Assembly (NCBI GenBank): GCA_002269645.1
Contig: NIVC01000037.1
Location: 1,116,001 to 1,180,000, forward strand
DNA length: 64,000 bases
Source: Macrostomum lignano
Lineage: Eukaryota
Direction: 5' to 3'
A program made the position numbers and the translations under genes. Each line of letters starts with the position of its first letter. Within the stretch, counting starts at the first letter, position 1. Below, in pieces: positions 1 through 11,511 of this stretch. The notes under the pieces were generated by a model, which saw only the letters and a program-made list of their open reading frames with translations, ran no database searches and was not told where the DNA came from.

Positions 1-844
1 TTATGGCATATGCTATATGTATGTCACTGTCACACGTGTGCCATGTCTCTGCCTTCCATTTACTGTCTTTGCCTCACCTGTACTGTCTAGCTATATTATA
101 CTATATTGTATATAAAACTAGTATTTATTTTAGTTAATAGTTATTGTATAAATAATGACAATATTATTAACATGGTACTATATAATGTTTCACTGTAGCC
201 ATAGCTATGGCTATGGGATCCTATGGCAAATATGGTAAAATAGATACCTATGGCAGCTACAGATATGCCTATAGTAGCTAGCTGCTCTTATAGCTACAAT
301 TAGGCCTATGGAAATATGGTAATTGCTATCATATTCCATAGATTCCTATAGCCGTAGTTATTAATTTAAAGATTGAAAAAATACTAGTAACTAGAAACAG
401 GTAGAGTAAAACAAAGATACTTTAGTAAACTGTATTATCAACTTAGAAACTTATAGAGTATATCTAATAAAGTACAATAAAACATTAGCAAACTCTAATT
501 TTTATTCATGTGAAAAAGTTCTGCATCAGTACTTTCAGTAGCAATTAAGTATCATTGCTCTGTAAAAAGACAAAATATAATCTTACAAAGGCAGTTAAGT
601 GTTTCTTTTATTTTCTAATTTAATTTGCAGTTTTTTAAGCACTAGGTTATCTTGATTCAAAATATTTTGTTTTTTAGACTTTTTGTTAAAACTAGGCCTA
701 TAGCTACAGCTAAGGGAACTACAGGAATATGGTAATATTGGGGTCCCTATAGCTACAGAATATGGAAAATTAGAATAAGCCATAGTTTTGCTGATGGCTA
801 CAGCTATGATACATGGACCTTCCTTATAGCAGAACCATGCTTAA

Positions 845-1002
845 GTGCAACCTAGGGATTCACTTGGCCATTTCTATTGGCAACATGCACATATAAGTTG
901 CTATTGGACAGAATAGTAGTCAGGTGACTGCTCTTAGCCAATAGTGACTTACATGTGTATGTGTTGCCAATAGAAATGGCCAGGTGATTCCCAAGGTTGT
1001 GC
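845..1002. repeat. Palindromic (hairpin) element, MITE-like
   Basis: Left arm gtgcaacctagggattcacttggccatttctattggcaac... (about 845-907) is the near reverse complement of the right arm ...gttgccaatagaaatggccaggtgattcccaaggttgtgc (to 1002). Spacer is about 30 nt. Confidence 0.85.
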
Positions 1003-1911
1003 ATGTATAAGCAGAACACTAGTATTGTGCAAATAATAAGTGCCAAGCTTCAAAGTATAATTGCTTTAAGTATATTAAAAATGATGCTATATTATAAAGG
1101 TTGAAAACAATATCCATGCAGATGCATGTATATTATTATACTATTTTACAATAAATACTCAACAATATTAAAAACTTCATTATCTTTAAAAGTATACAGT
1201 ATGAGTAAATTATAGGCCTAGCTCAGTATTGACTTTTAAATGATTCAAAATCATGCAACTTATGCTACCTGACAGAGTTGGATTGACTGACAAGGGATTA
1301 AAAAGAGTAAAAAGCAAAAATTAGATAGATTGAAGCTTCTTTCCAACTTTCATTGTTTTTTTTCAAGCATTTTTAATATCAAAATAGTTGGCCAGGTGAT
1401 AGATGCTGGTCAAAAGACTGCTTACTAGGGCAAAGGGTGGCAACTTTTCAATGTTACTGAGTTGAGTATGCTTCTTAAATATAAATTGTTCTTTATCTTA
1501 GACTTGAGTTTATATTAGGCCCTAGCTTAGCATTAAGCTATTTTGAATACATATAGATACCATGCAGTCTATGGTTGAGTTAATATGTAATATATAGTAC
1601 TTAGCTTTTAGATAGTAATTTTTATACTCACAATAGTAGTATATGAATTATCAGTATCAGTAGCATTATCAAAAATGACTAACAATAGATTATAGATATA
1701 CTTATAATTTATGAAAATCAGAACTAAGAAAAAGGTATTGTTATAACATTGAATAAATTGCTGTTTTACTTGTTTCTATATTATGCCCTTAGTGGCAATA
1801 TTGATATCTCTTCTATACCCTTAATTATCAACTGTTAAGCTTATAATCTTATAAATTTACAATTTATGTTTCTTGTCTCAACTGTTATATCTTAATTAAA
1901 TAACATTAAAA

Positions 1912-3753
1912 ATGTGCAATGTGGAAATCAAAGCCAAAATTCACAACTTTGATGATTTTCTAGCCAAAGCTATTGCTATATCTGATAAAAATCCACCACC
2001 AAAAGTGATTAATATGATTGACACATTTTACAAGTAAGCCTAATTGTATTTGTTTTAATTTTGCTTATTTTTGTTAGGTAATCATTTTTTATTAAAAGGC
2101 TTAGACTTAGCTAATCATAATCCCAGCCCAGATAGTAATTCTAAGTGACTATTACCCTCCAAGATCCTTCGCATTAGATCAAGCTACCACTCCCCTATAT
2201 CCCCAAATTAAGCCACCATCTTCCTAGATCTATAAAGCTCTAAACCCTAGAACTATTCCTTAAATAAAATGCCACCAATCCATGTTGACTCCTTACTTGA
2301 AATGCCACAAGCCCTGTCTAGTCCTCAGATTAAGATAAGGTGATGTTAATCCCATTACATAAGGTATTGTTGTTCCCATCCAGTCTTGACATGAGATTCT
2401 GCTGCTTTAGTCATTATATTATCACTCGAATTCTCCCTACACCTGTGAGGGTGAACTCTGGCCGTCTGAAGCTGCGCGAATATCCCGGACACGAGGAGGC
2501 CCGGGTCAGCGAGCTGGTGCACTATCACAGAGAGGACTCAACTGGTGCTAAACTGAGCCGCTACAGCAAGGTGCCGGTGCCAGACCCGGCCGGACTGGGC
2601 GCCATTCTGGCTGACAGTCTCGGTGTGATCGGCCAGGTAAAAGCTAAATCCATAGTGGAAATGAACTCGTCAAAAATTACATTATTTTTGAAGAGAAAGA
2701 GGAGCCAGTAATTGCTTTTGGCAGCAGTAGATTTAGTCTTGCCCGTCTTGCAAGCAATTTGATGTTTCGGCCATAGATATCAGCACAAAGAAAGATGTCA
2801 ACATCTTTATCCGTCTATGTCTATGAGCAAGACCAAGTAAATCTACTGCTACCAAATGGACATTCTCAAATTGGTTGACTGAAGCAAAGTGTAACGAATT
2901 CAAGTTGATAATAAATTTACTCATTCTTAACTTTTGCCAAAATTATTGTTAATTTTGAAACACCCACACTTGTGGTTGGCCCACAGACTAAAATAATTAC
3001 ATGGGTCACTCAGGCATATATACTTAGTAAAACAGCTTTCTACTTTCAGTTCAGTAGCAAAGAGGAATACATAAGCTATTTTATAAAAATAAAGGCAGCT
3101 GAAATTGCTTTGATAAGTTTAGAAGCCCAAGCTTGCAGGCGTAAATAACTTGCTAATTGGTTCAGCAATAATGTACATTGGCCAGTCCACTGAAATGTAC
3201 ATGGCAGCTTTAGGCTGGAATTCCGAGAAAGGCAATAAAAATTGGGTGGCAGGGAGGGCAGTGTAGAAAGGCTCAGTTGGAGGGTTTAAGCTGGGGTGTA
3301 AGAGCCAATAAATGAGCCTTGGCTTTAAATTAAAAAATACAATAAAATGCTTCTGTTTAACTCACTACTGAACTAAAAGTAGCTTACACGCAAATGTGCT
3401 GAGTGGCCCATCTGTGGCTTGGCCCAAGGCCAAATTTCCTAAACAAGCCGCAAGCTTTGATTGGTCTGTTTATGCACAACAATTAAAGCGCTACTTAACT
3501 ATTACTCTTATCCACCTCAATCCAGGTAAAGAAAGTGCGCCATCTACTCATGTCCGGTCAAACGCGCATTCACGTTGATCGCGTGCACAACCTGGGCGAT
3601 TTTATGGAACTGGAAGTGATGCTGACCGACAGCGACAGCGTGGAAGCTGGCCAGATGATCGCTCAGCAACTGATGAAGCAGCTGGGCGTGGCGGAGGCTG
3701 ACCTGTTGGCTGGTGCCTACATGGATATGCTGTTGGAGCTGAATAGTGGCTAA
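1912..3753 (+). CDS. CYTH-domain protein (class IV adenylate cyclase CyaB / triphosphate tunnel metalloenzyme-like), 178 aa
   Basis: join(1912..2033,2450..2636,3526..3753). GT-AG introns with consistent phases. MCNVEIKAK (ExK motif), DTFYKVNSGRLKLRE, VKKVRHL, IHVDRVHNLGDFMELEV and AYMDML match the CYTH family. Confidence 0.88.
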
Positions 3754-3927
3754 CTGAATTATAGAACTTTACGTGTAGGTGCAATAATATTGTATGCCAT
3801 TGCTAATAAAGTTATTTGTGTTAGGGTTATTTTACACTAGCGCCAAGCGGAACAGAAATATAATGCATTTTATACAGCCAACCATCTCAAATGCCTATTA
3901 AAGTAACATTGATCGCTCTTTATTCTC

Positions 3928-4205
3928 TCTGAGATTCGCCCTTAGGTCTTCTAAAATCTCACCGAAATTCACCCTTCAGTTTCACTGAGATTCACCCTTC
4001 AATGTCACTGAGATTCGCCCTTAATCTACCTGAGATTCATCCTCACATCATCCTGAGATTTGATCCTAAATCTCACTGTGATTCATCCTTAATCTACCTG
4101 AGATTCACCCTTAAATCTTCCTAAGATTCACCCTTAAATCTCCCGAGGTTCACCTAAAAATCTCACTGAAGTTCACCCTTAAACCTCACTGAGGTTCACC
4201 CTTAT
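3928..4205. repeat. Degenerate tandem repeat, about 20-22 bp (ctgagattcacccttaaatct-like)
   Basis: Recurring gagattcaccctt variants downstream of the CYTH stop codon. Confidence 0.7.
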
Positions 4206-4851
4206 CTCACATTTACTGTTCTATTTTTCACCGAGGACCTCCCCTCAATGAACTCTAGTATATCCAAATTACCATAAAAAATAGTCACTGAATAGTTGTT
4301 ATTCTATTGTATCCAGTGGTTTTCGAAAGTTTTTCAAAGCTTCTCAAAAGTACTCTATCATGTCTTTTTTAATTATTATAAATATATGCATTTATGTTTC
4401 CATAATATCTATAACTTGACAGTAATTTCTAGTTAAAAACGATAAAATCTGTTTGTCCATTAAAAAAACTTTCAGCAACCCCTTTCCCTTTTTTAATCAT
4501 TTTGACGGAGGTCAACTATGACTCAGCCCACAAAAGCGGCGAGTGAATGAGCCATGCCTTAGGTTCACGCCTTCGGAAGCAATTAACATGCTTATATATT
4601 TCAATCTGTTCAATCTACTACAGACCCATGTTATTGTAATGAAGGCGCTCTCGTGCAATACGCCTATGAGAATCTTCAAGTGTGCTTGGCCTGAGAATTC
4701 GGTTGTACAGCTTGCTGCTGGCTTTTTCTTCCTGTCTCAGCAAGACTGGCAGCTCAGTCTACTCGGTTCAGCATAGTGAGTGTGTTTATATAAGCGTGTT
4801 TTAGCTTGTCCGGCCCTCCAGTAGCAGAGAAAGTTTTAACACGCGCTTAGA

Positions 4852-7800
4852 ATGACTTCTGCGAGCTGGGACCGCTTTAAGATAGTGCTGCTAGGCGAGA
4901 GTTCCGTTGGTAAGACTTGCCTGCTGAAGCAACTGGTTGGCGAAGGTTTCGCCCCACAGACTGTCAGCACCATTGGTGAGCTCTTGATAATCAGATTTCA
5001 TTTGATAAACCGTGCAGTGTTTGAGAAGCAATAGTAGAAATAACTGCAGACACCCTGGTGACATCGTGACATCCTGCTGAGCACACGCAAGCGCACCAAT
5101 ACTGTACACAGTCACGCACTCACCGGGTGCACAGCCGCCATGACTTTCTAAGGCGATTCACGCCCGATGTGTTCATGCCAGACGATGCATGGTATGAAGT
5201 CGGCGTGTGCTTGTGCGTGCGTGTTCTCAGACGTCAACCACATGAACGCTACACTCGCGCAAAATGCATTATTAACACTACTTCGGTACATCCCATCTTC
5301 TTGACTTCCTAATTGAAAATATAACAATAATGTCTAGAAAGAGATACACTACTGAGATATAAACAGCTGATATTTTACCCGGAACTTAAATTGCTTGCTG
5401 GTCTCCGTTCACGTTACTTGATAAACATGTGAGGGCACCTAGGACAAAAATACACGCTTGCTTCATTTGGAATTTGGGAGTCCGGAAGGTGAGATTTTGG
5501 GAATTGAGTGCTAAAAAATCTGTAACATGTGTAGTAATCTCATGTTATTGAATGAGAAATTAAATCCGGATGCAACATTTTAAGAGTACATTTTGCTTGC
5601 GAAATTGCATTCCAAAGGTATCGACTTCAGGCGAAAGAAATTCGTAATTCATAATCGAGGCATTGAGCTTGAAATTTGGTGAGTAATTTACCTGTAATTT
5701 GCTCTATGGATGCTGCAAGTTTGTTGAATTCAGAAATTTTTGTTTGATTAAACGTTTTAGGGACACTGCAGGACAAGAGAAATTTCGCAGCATAACAGCT
5801 TTTCAATACAGAAATGCCCGGGTGAGTTACGGTTGCTTGATGTTGCAGATCCTCATGAATTAGAAATAGTTTTTGTTAACCCCATGCATGGGGTTCTAGC
5901 CTAGTGTTAGAGCGTCGGACTTAACTACTGAAAAGTCGGCTGTTCGAATCTTGACCCACTTGGAACAATTTGTCTCCTTGAGCACTTGACACTTAACTCT
6001 GCATTACTTCAGTTCACCCATGAGCTGTAAAATGGGTGCCAGCATTAGCTGGGGTAATTGAGGGCGTGTGGCGACCCCCCAGTCCTTGGACTGAACAGCC
6101 GCAAGGCATTGTTGAATAAAATCGCAACACAACAATATCACCTGCACGGACCAGGGCATCCTGCTCATCTACGACATCACCGATCGGCAGTCGTTTGAGC
6201 GAACCAAAAGCTACTGGTTGCGCAGCATCAGCGAGGTATGATGCTACATGTAGATTAAAGTCTAGATAAATGCTAATATTCTCATACTACTTATATGCGC
6301 AAAAAAGTGGTATTTGTGCGCCTATTTGATGATGATTTGAAGCCGTCTAAAACGGACCCCGCAGCATGCTGGCGAGGACCACCTGATTCCGGTGTTCCTG
6401 GCGGGCAATAAACTTGATCTGGCGAGTCGGCGTCAGGTGACCCATGCCGAAGGCATCCAGGTGAGATAATTGTAAGCTGTACCGCTGTCAGGTGCTTCGA
6501 TGTACTCTTGTAGTGTGTGACGCCTGCTGAAACAATGGGTGAAGCGTCTGTCACGGTTCATAAAAATTGTTGAAGCATCTGTCACATTGGGTAACCATGG
6601 GTGAGGCTGCTGTCGCATTGGGTAACCATGGGTGAGGCTTCTGTCACATTGGGTAACCATGGGTGAGGCTTCTGTCACATTGGGTAACCATGGGTGAGGC
6701 TGCTGTCACATTGGGTAACCATGGGTGAAGCTTCTGTCGCATTGGGTAACCATGGGTGAAGCTGCTGTCGCATTGGGTAACCATGGGTGAAGCTTCGGTC
6801 GCATTGGGTAACCATGGGTGAAGCTTCGGTCGCATTGGGTAACCATGGGTGAAGCATCTGTTACATTGGGTAACCATGGGTGAAGCTTCTGTCACATTGG
6901 GTAACCATGGGTGAGGCTTCTGTCACATTGGGTAACCATGGGTGAGGCTTCTGTCACATTGGGTAACCATGGGTGAGGCTTCTGTCACATTGGGTAACCA
7001 TGGGTGAAGCATCTGTCACATTGGGTAACCATGGGTGAAGGTGAATGGGTGATTGGGTGAAGGGTGAAGCTTCCTTCGGAAGTGAACAAAATACTCTGAT
7101 GGAAAGTGCTCAGAGGGCCTATGCATGCTGTGAAAACTGCAGCTGTTAACAGTGGCACCGCTTCCCGTGTTTGATCAATGTTCATATTACTGTTTGCCTG
7201 TAATTTTTGCTTCAGTTAGTGCTCACTGGGACATTCTCAGTTTACAATGTAGACTCAATGCATGCACTATGGCTCACTCATCCATTGGCTATTTTCTGCC
7301 TTATAAACTATAAGCTTCCCAGCATTAGCTTAACGAATAAGGTAATTTTCTAACATTACCTTGAGAATGTACATAAATGTATATATTCCATTCGAACGTC
7401 TAATCTCTAAAATGTGTTTGTGTGTAAGACGTACATATGAACAAAATAATTGCACTAATTACTGTAGCCCCCTAGACAATTATTTATTTAATTTGTTTTG
7501 ACCTGTTTTCAAAATAATAGCCCCCTCCATCTAAAATCGTGATCAGGCCCATCTAAGCTGCAGCGCCTACGATTTCTTTGAGACCAGCTCAAAAACTGGG
7601 GAGAATGTTCATGAGCTGTTTGCTGCTATCGCCGCTGCCATGTTCTCTACCTGGAAGGTGAGGCCTACAGATATTATTGGCTAGCATATTGTAGGCACTG
7701 AGCTGCAGCCAACCCCTTCCTCATACATGCAGATTGACCCACGCTGTTACATGGCACAGAAGTAAGGCTTTAGCACCAGGGGCTTTAGCACCAGAGGCTT

Positions 7801-8470
7801 TAGCACCAAGGGCTTTAGCACCAGGGGCTTTAGCACCAGGGGCTTTAGCACCAGGGGCTTTAGCACCAGGGGCTTTAGCACCAGGGGCTTTAGCACCAGG
7901 GGCTTTAGCACCAGAGGCTTTAGCACCAGGGGCTTTAGCACCAGGGGCTTTAGCACCAGGGGTGCCAACACCAGGGGCGCCTGAGCGTTACTGTAAGGGG
8001 GCACCATGTACATTTTCCAGCCGATGGGGGTTAGGCTGTGGCCCCCCTAGCACCTGCGTGTCAGCATGAGCACTAACCACTCAAGAGAGAGCTCTTAAGC
8101 AGCTGAACCTGTAATGATGACGTTGCTAAAATTTTTTGCTGGGCAGCTCGTAACAGCTTGAGCACAGGTCCGAAATCAGCACTATTTGTTTCTCCCCAAT
8201 ATTCAGCCGTTGCTTTCTGCACCCCTGCTGCAAACATCCGACGGAGCCAGTGCGGGAGTCGGCGGCGCCGTGCTGGCATCCGCTGCCCTTGCCAAAAAGA
8301 AAAAGCAGCCAAAGCAAAAGACAAAGCAGCAGCAGAAACAACAAAAGCAACAACAGCCGCAGGAGCAGCAGCGGCTGAGGCAGCACCTGACAGCGGACCG
8401 CACTGCCAGCATCCAGTTGCACAAGCCGGCGCCTCCGCCAGAGAAAAGTACCTGCTGTAAAACTGTGTGA
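4852..8470 (+). CDS. Rab-family small GTPase (divergent, Rab1/8/10-like effector region) with C-terminal CC prenylation motif
   Basis: join(4852..4975,5618..5678,5761..5821,6155..6235,6365..6460,7547..7657,8207..8470). Motifs GESSVGKT, TIGIDF, WDTAGQEKF, GNKLD, ETSSK, ending CCKTV*. All junctions are GT-AG and in phase. Confidence 0.92.
5891..6112 (+). mobile_element. tRNA-derived SINE, copy 1 (3' truncated), in Rab intron 3
   Basis: A-box-like tagcctagtg and B-box gttcgaatc, followed by a body (cacccatgagctgtaaaatgggtgccagcattagctggggtaattgag) shared with copies at 27.9, 43.7, 43.9 and 47.5 kb. Confidence 0.8.
6560..7040. repeat. 31-bp minisatellite (tgtcacattgggtaaccatgggtgaggcttc) in Rab intron 5
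   Basis: About 15 tandem units seen directly. Explains the repetitive ORFs at 6433-6895. Confidence 0.95.
7766..7980. repeat. 15-bp minisatellite (ttagcaccaggggct) in Rab intron 6
   Basis: About 13 tandem units. Produces the artefactual ALAPG ORF. Confidence 0.95.
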
Positions 8471-8629
8471 CTGTAGACTGTGGCGCTAGAGCTGCGCTGC
8501 TCTGGTTCTTCTGGCTTTCTGGGAGGTCAGTCAGGTGCGGCTAGCCTCATTAATAATGATCAAATTCACAGGACTTCGTCCCACAACCAGCGCTGACGGC
8601 AGCTCTGCCCATTCCGCTGACTCCTGAGC

Positions 8630-9128
8630 CAGGGGCGTAGCCAGGAATTTTGATTGGGGGGGGCCGTGAGTTAGGGGGCGCCAGCTTCTTATAGGGGGGC
8701 GCCAGTTTCTTTTGGGGGGGGGGCGCCAGTTTCTTTTAGGGGGGGGGGGCGCCAGTTTCTTTTAGGGGGGGGGCGCCAGTTTCTTATAGGGGGGGGGGCC
8801 AGTTTCTTTTAGGGGGGGGGGCGCCAGTTTCTTATAGGGGGGCGCCAGTTTCTTTTAGGGAGGGGGGCGCCAGTTTCTTTTAGGGGGGGGGGCGCCAGTT
8901 TCTTTTAGGGGGGGGCGCCAGTTTCTTTTAGGAAGGGGGGCGCCAGTTTCTTTTAGGGGGGGGGCGCCAGTTTCTTTTAGGGGGGGGGCGCCAGTTTCTT
9001 TTAGGGGGGGCGCCAGTTTCTTATAGGGGGGGGGCGCCAGTTTCTTTTAGGGGCAGGCGCCAAGGCCAGAGTTGGTTGATTGGGGGGGGGCCACGGCCCC
9101 CCTTGCCCCCCCTCTGGCTACGCCCCTG
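8630..9128. mobile_element. hAT-type MITE with 15-bp TIRs, 8-bp TSD and internal G-rich tandem array
   Basis: TIR caggggcgtagccag (8630-8644) and ctggctacgcccctg (9114-9128). Perfect TSD tcctgagc at 8622-8629 and 9129-9136. Interior is (G6-12 cgccagtttcttwta)n. Confidence 0.9.
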
Positions 9129-9344
9129 TCCTGAGCAACATACAAGCGCGCCAATACTGTACGCAGTCACAGCACTCATGCACACGCTCACACAGGGTGT
9201 ACAGCTGCCAACAGCTGACTTTTCAATCGTCAGGCATGTACACTCTCTGTGCCTTGGGGGTTGGCCCTCATGGCTGTGAATCGCTCGACAACCCCTGGTA
9301 AATTTGAACCACGGAACTGTACCCGTCACATCAGGGTTTGTCAG

Positions 9345-10680
9345 GAATGGGTTAATCAGATATGGGTTAATCAGGTGTGGGTTTTAATCAGGTGTGGGTT
9401 TTAATCAGGTGTGGGTTTTAATCAGGTGTGGGTTTTAATCAGGTGTGGTTTTTAATCAGGTGTGGGTTTTAATCAGGTGTGGGTTTTAATCAGGTGTGGG
9501 TTTTAATCAGGTGTGGGTTTTAATCAGGTGTGGGTTTTAATCAGGTGTGGTTTTTAATCAGGTGTGGGTTTTAATCAGGTGTGGGTTTTAATCAGGTGTG
9601 GGTTTTAATCAGGTGTGGGTTTTAATCAGGTGTGGGTTTTAATCAGGTGTGGATTATTCAGGTGTGGGTTAATCAGATGTGGATTAATCAGATGTGGATT
9701 AATCAGGTGTGGGTTAATCAGATGTGGATTAATCAGGTGTGGGTTAATCAGGTGTGGGTTAATCAGATGTGGATTAATCAGATGTGGATTAATCAGGTGT
9801 GGGCTAATCAGATGTGGATTAATCAGGTGTGGGTTAATCAGGTGTGGGTTAATCAGATGTGGATTAATCAGATGTGGATTAATCAGGTGTGGGCTAATCA
9901 GGTATGGGTTAATCAGGTGTGGTTAATCAGGTGTGGGTTAATCAGGCATGGGTTAATCAGGTGTGGGTTAATCAGGTGTGGGTTAATCAGGTGTGGGTTA
10001 ATCAGGTGTGGGCTAATCAGGTATGGGTTAATCAGGTGTGGGTTAATCAGGCATGGGTTAACCAGGTGTGGATTAATCAGGTGTGGGTTAATCAGGTGTG
10101 GGTTAATCAGGTGTGGGTTAATCAGGCATGGGTTAATCAGGTGTGGTTAATCAGGTGTGGGTTAATCAGGTGTGGGTTAATCAGGTGTGGGTTAATCAGG
10201 TGTGGGTTAATCAGATGTGGATTAATCAGGTGTGGGCTAATCAGGTATGGGTTAATCAGGTGTGGTTAATCAGGTGTGGTTAATCAGGTGTGGTTAATCA
10301 GGTGTGGGTTAATCAGGTGTGGGTTAATCAGGTGTGGGTTAATCAGGTGTGGGTTAATCAGGTGTGGGTTAATCAAGCATGGGTTAATCAGGTGTGGTTA
10401 ATCAGGTGTGGGTTAATCAGATGTGGATTAATCAGGTGTGGGCTAATCAGGTATGGGTTAATCAGGTGTGGTTAATCAGGTGTGGTTAATCAGGTGTGGT
10501 TAATCAGGTGTGGGTTAATCAGGTGTGGGTTAATCAGGTGTGGGTTAATCAGGTGTGGGTTAATTAGATGTGGATTAATCAGGTGTGGGCTAATCAGGTA
10601 TGGGTTAATCAGGTGTGGTTAATCAGGTGTGGTTAATCAGGTGTGGGTTAATCAGGTGTGGTTAATCAGGTGTGGGTTAA
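9345..10680. repeat. 15-17-bp minisatellite (gggttaatcaggtgt variants)
   Basis: Dozens of tandem units between the Rab and SAXO genes. Confidence 0.95.
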
Positions 10681-11328
10681 TGAAGTGAGAAAGTTCGGAA
10701 ATTTGTGTAAAGCAATTAGATACGCAATTACTTTCGACTTGTAATTAAATGATTGAAATTTGAAGGTACTCGAGTATTACTCGTAATATTTACCAAATTG
10801 TTTTACATAGTTGTCTTGTTAAATTGTGCCCTTAATGCGCGATACAGTGCATACTAATGCTGTTATTCATATGAGAAATATTGATAAGTAAACGTTTCTG
10901 TGTGAGCATCTAATTTTGTTGTGATTAAATCCGTAAATCATATAGGCCGAAAACATAAGTAAAGGCTGCGGCACTTCTTCAGCAGATTCTGTGGCAGTTT
11001 TTTAGACGCACTACAAAGCTGAACCCTTTAATTTTTCTGTGCTCCGCTCTTTTTCTATTTCCTTTCTTCTCTCTCCCTCCCTCTCGCCCGCCGCAAAATC
11101 TTGCGTAGCTGGGCCACCTCATCTCGACTGCTCAACCAGCAGCTCAAATCCACCTGCCAAATTGTATATTGTCCGTCTAGTCAGCCTCTCAGTCCTGCCA
11201 GCCCCTCTTCCCCCGACAGCGAGCAGCTAATCTCAGGCAGCCAACCATGGGCCAGAGCAGACTCGTACAGAGAGACTCGCTACCTAGCCATCTCTTCTCT
11301 CTCTCCCTCTCGCCTCGACTAACGTTTT

Positions 11329-11343
11329 GTTGTCAATAGCAAC
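11329..11343. promoter_or_regulatory. Candidate RFX X-box upstream of the axonemal SAXO-like gene
   Basis: GTTGTC-AAT-AGCAAC fits GTNRYC(N0-3)RGYAAC and lies about 170 nt upstream of the ATG at 11512. RFX control of ciliary genes is established in animals. Confidence 0.5.
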
Positions 11344-11511
11344 GTTTTTATCTCTCTCTCTCTCTTGGAGTCTTCTCTAATACTTTATTACCATCTGAAT
11401 CTGCCGTGTCTAAAAGTTATAGTATAATTACTATAGACTATAGACTACACTAGCTGCTTACAACATCTGTTAGTGGCAGAAGACATCAGCGAAAGCAGAA
11501 CTTAGCCAGAC

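Noticed and set aside
5065-9240. Short dispersed similarity between about 5065-5135 and 9129-9210 (gcgcaccaatactgtacacagtcac)
   Set aside because: Only two short diverged copies with no termini, so it cannot be classified.
9345-10680. Telomeric repeat
   Set aside because: The unit is 15-17 bp and not TTAGGG-like in register, and it lies between genes.
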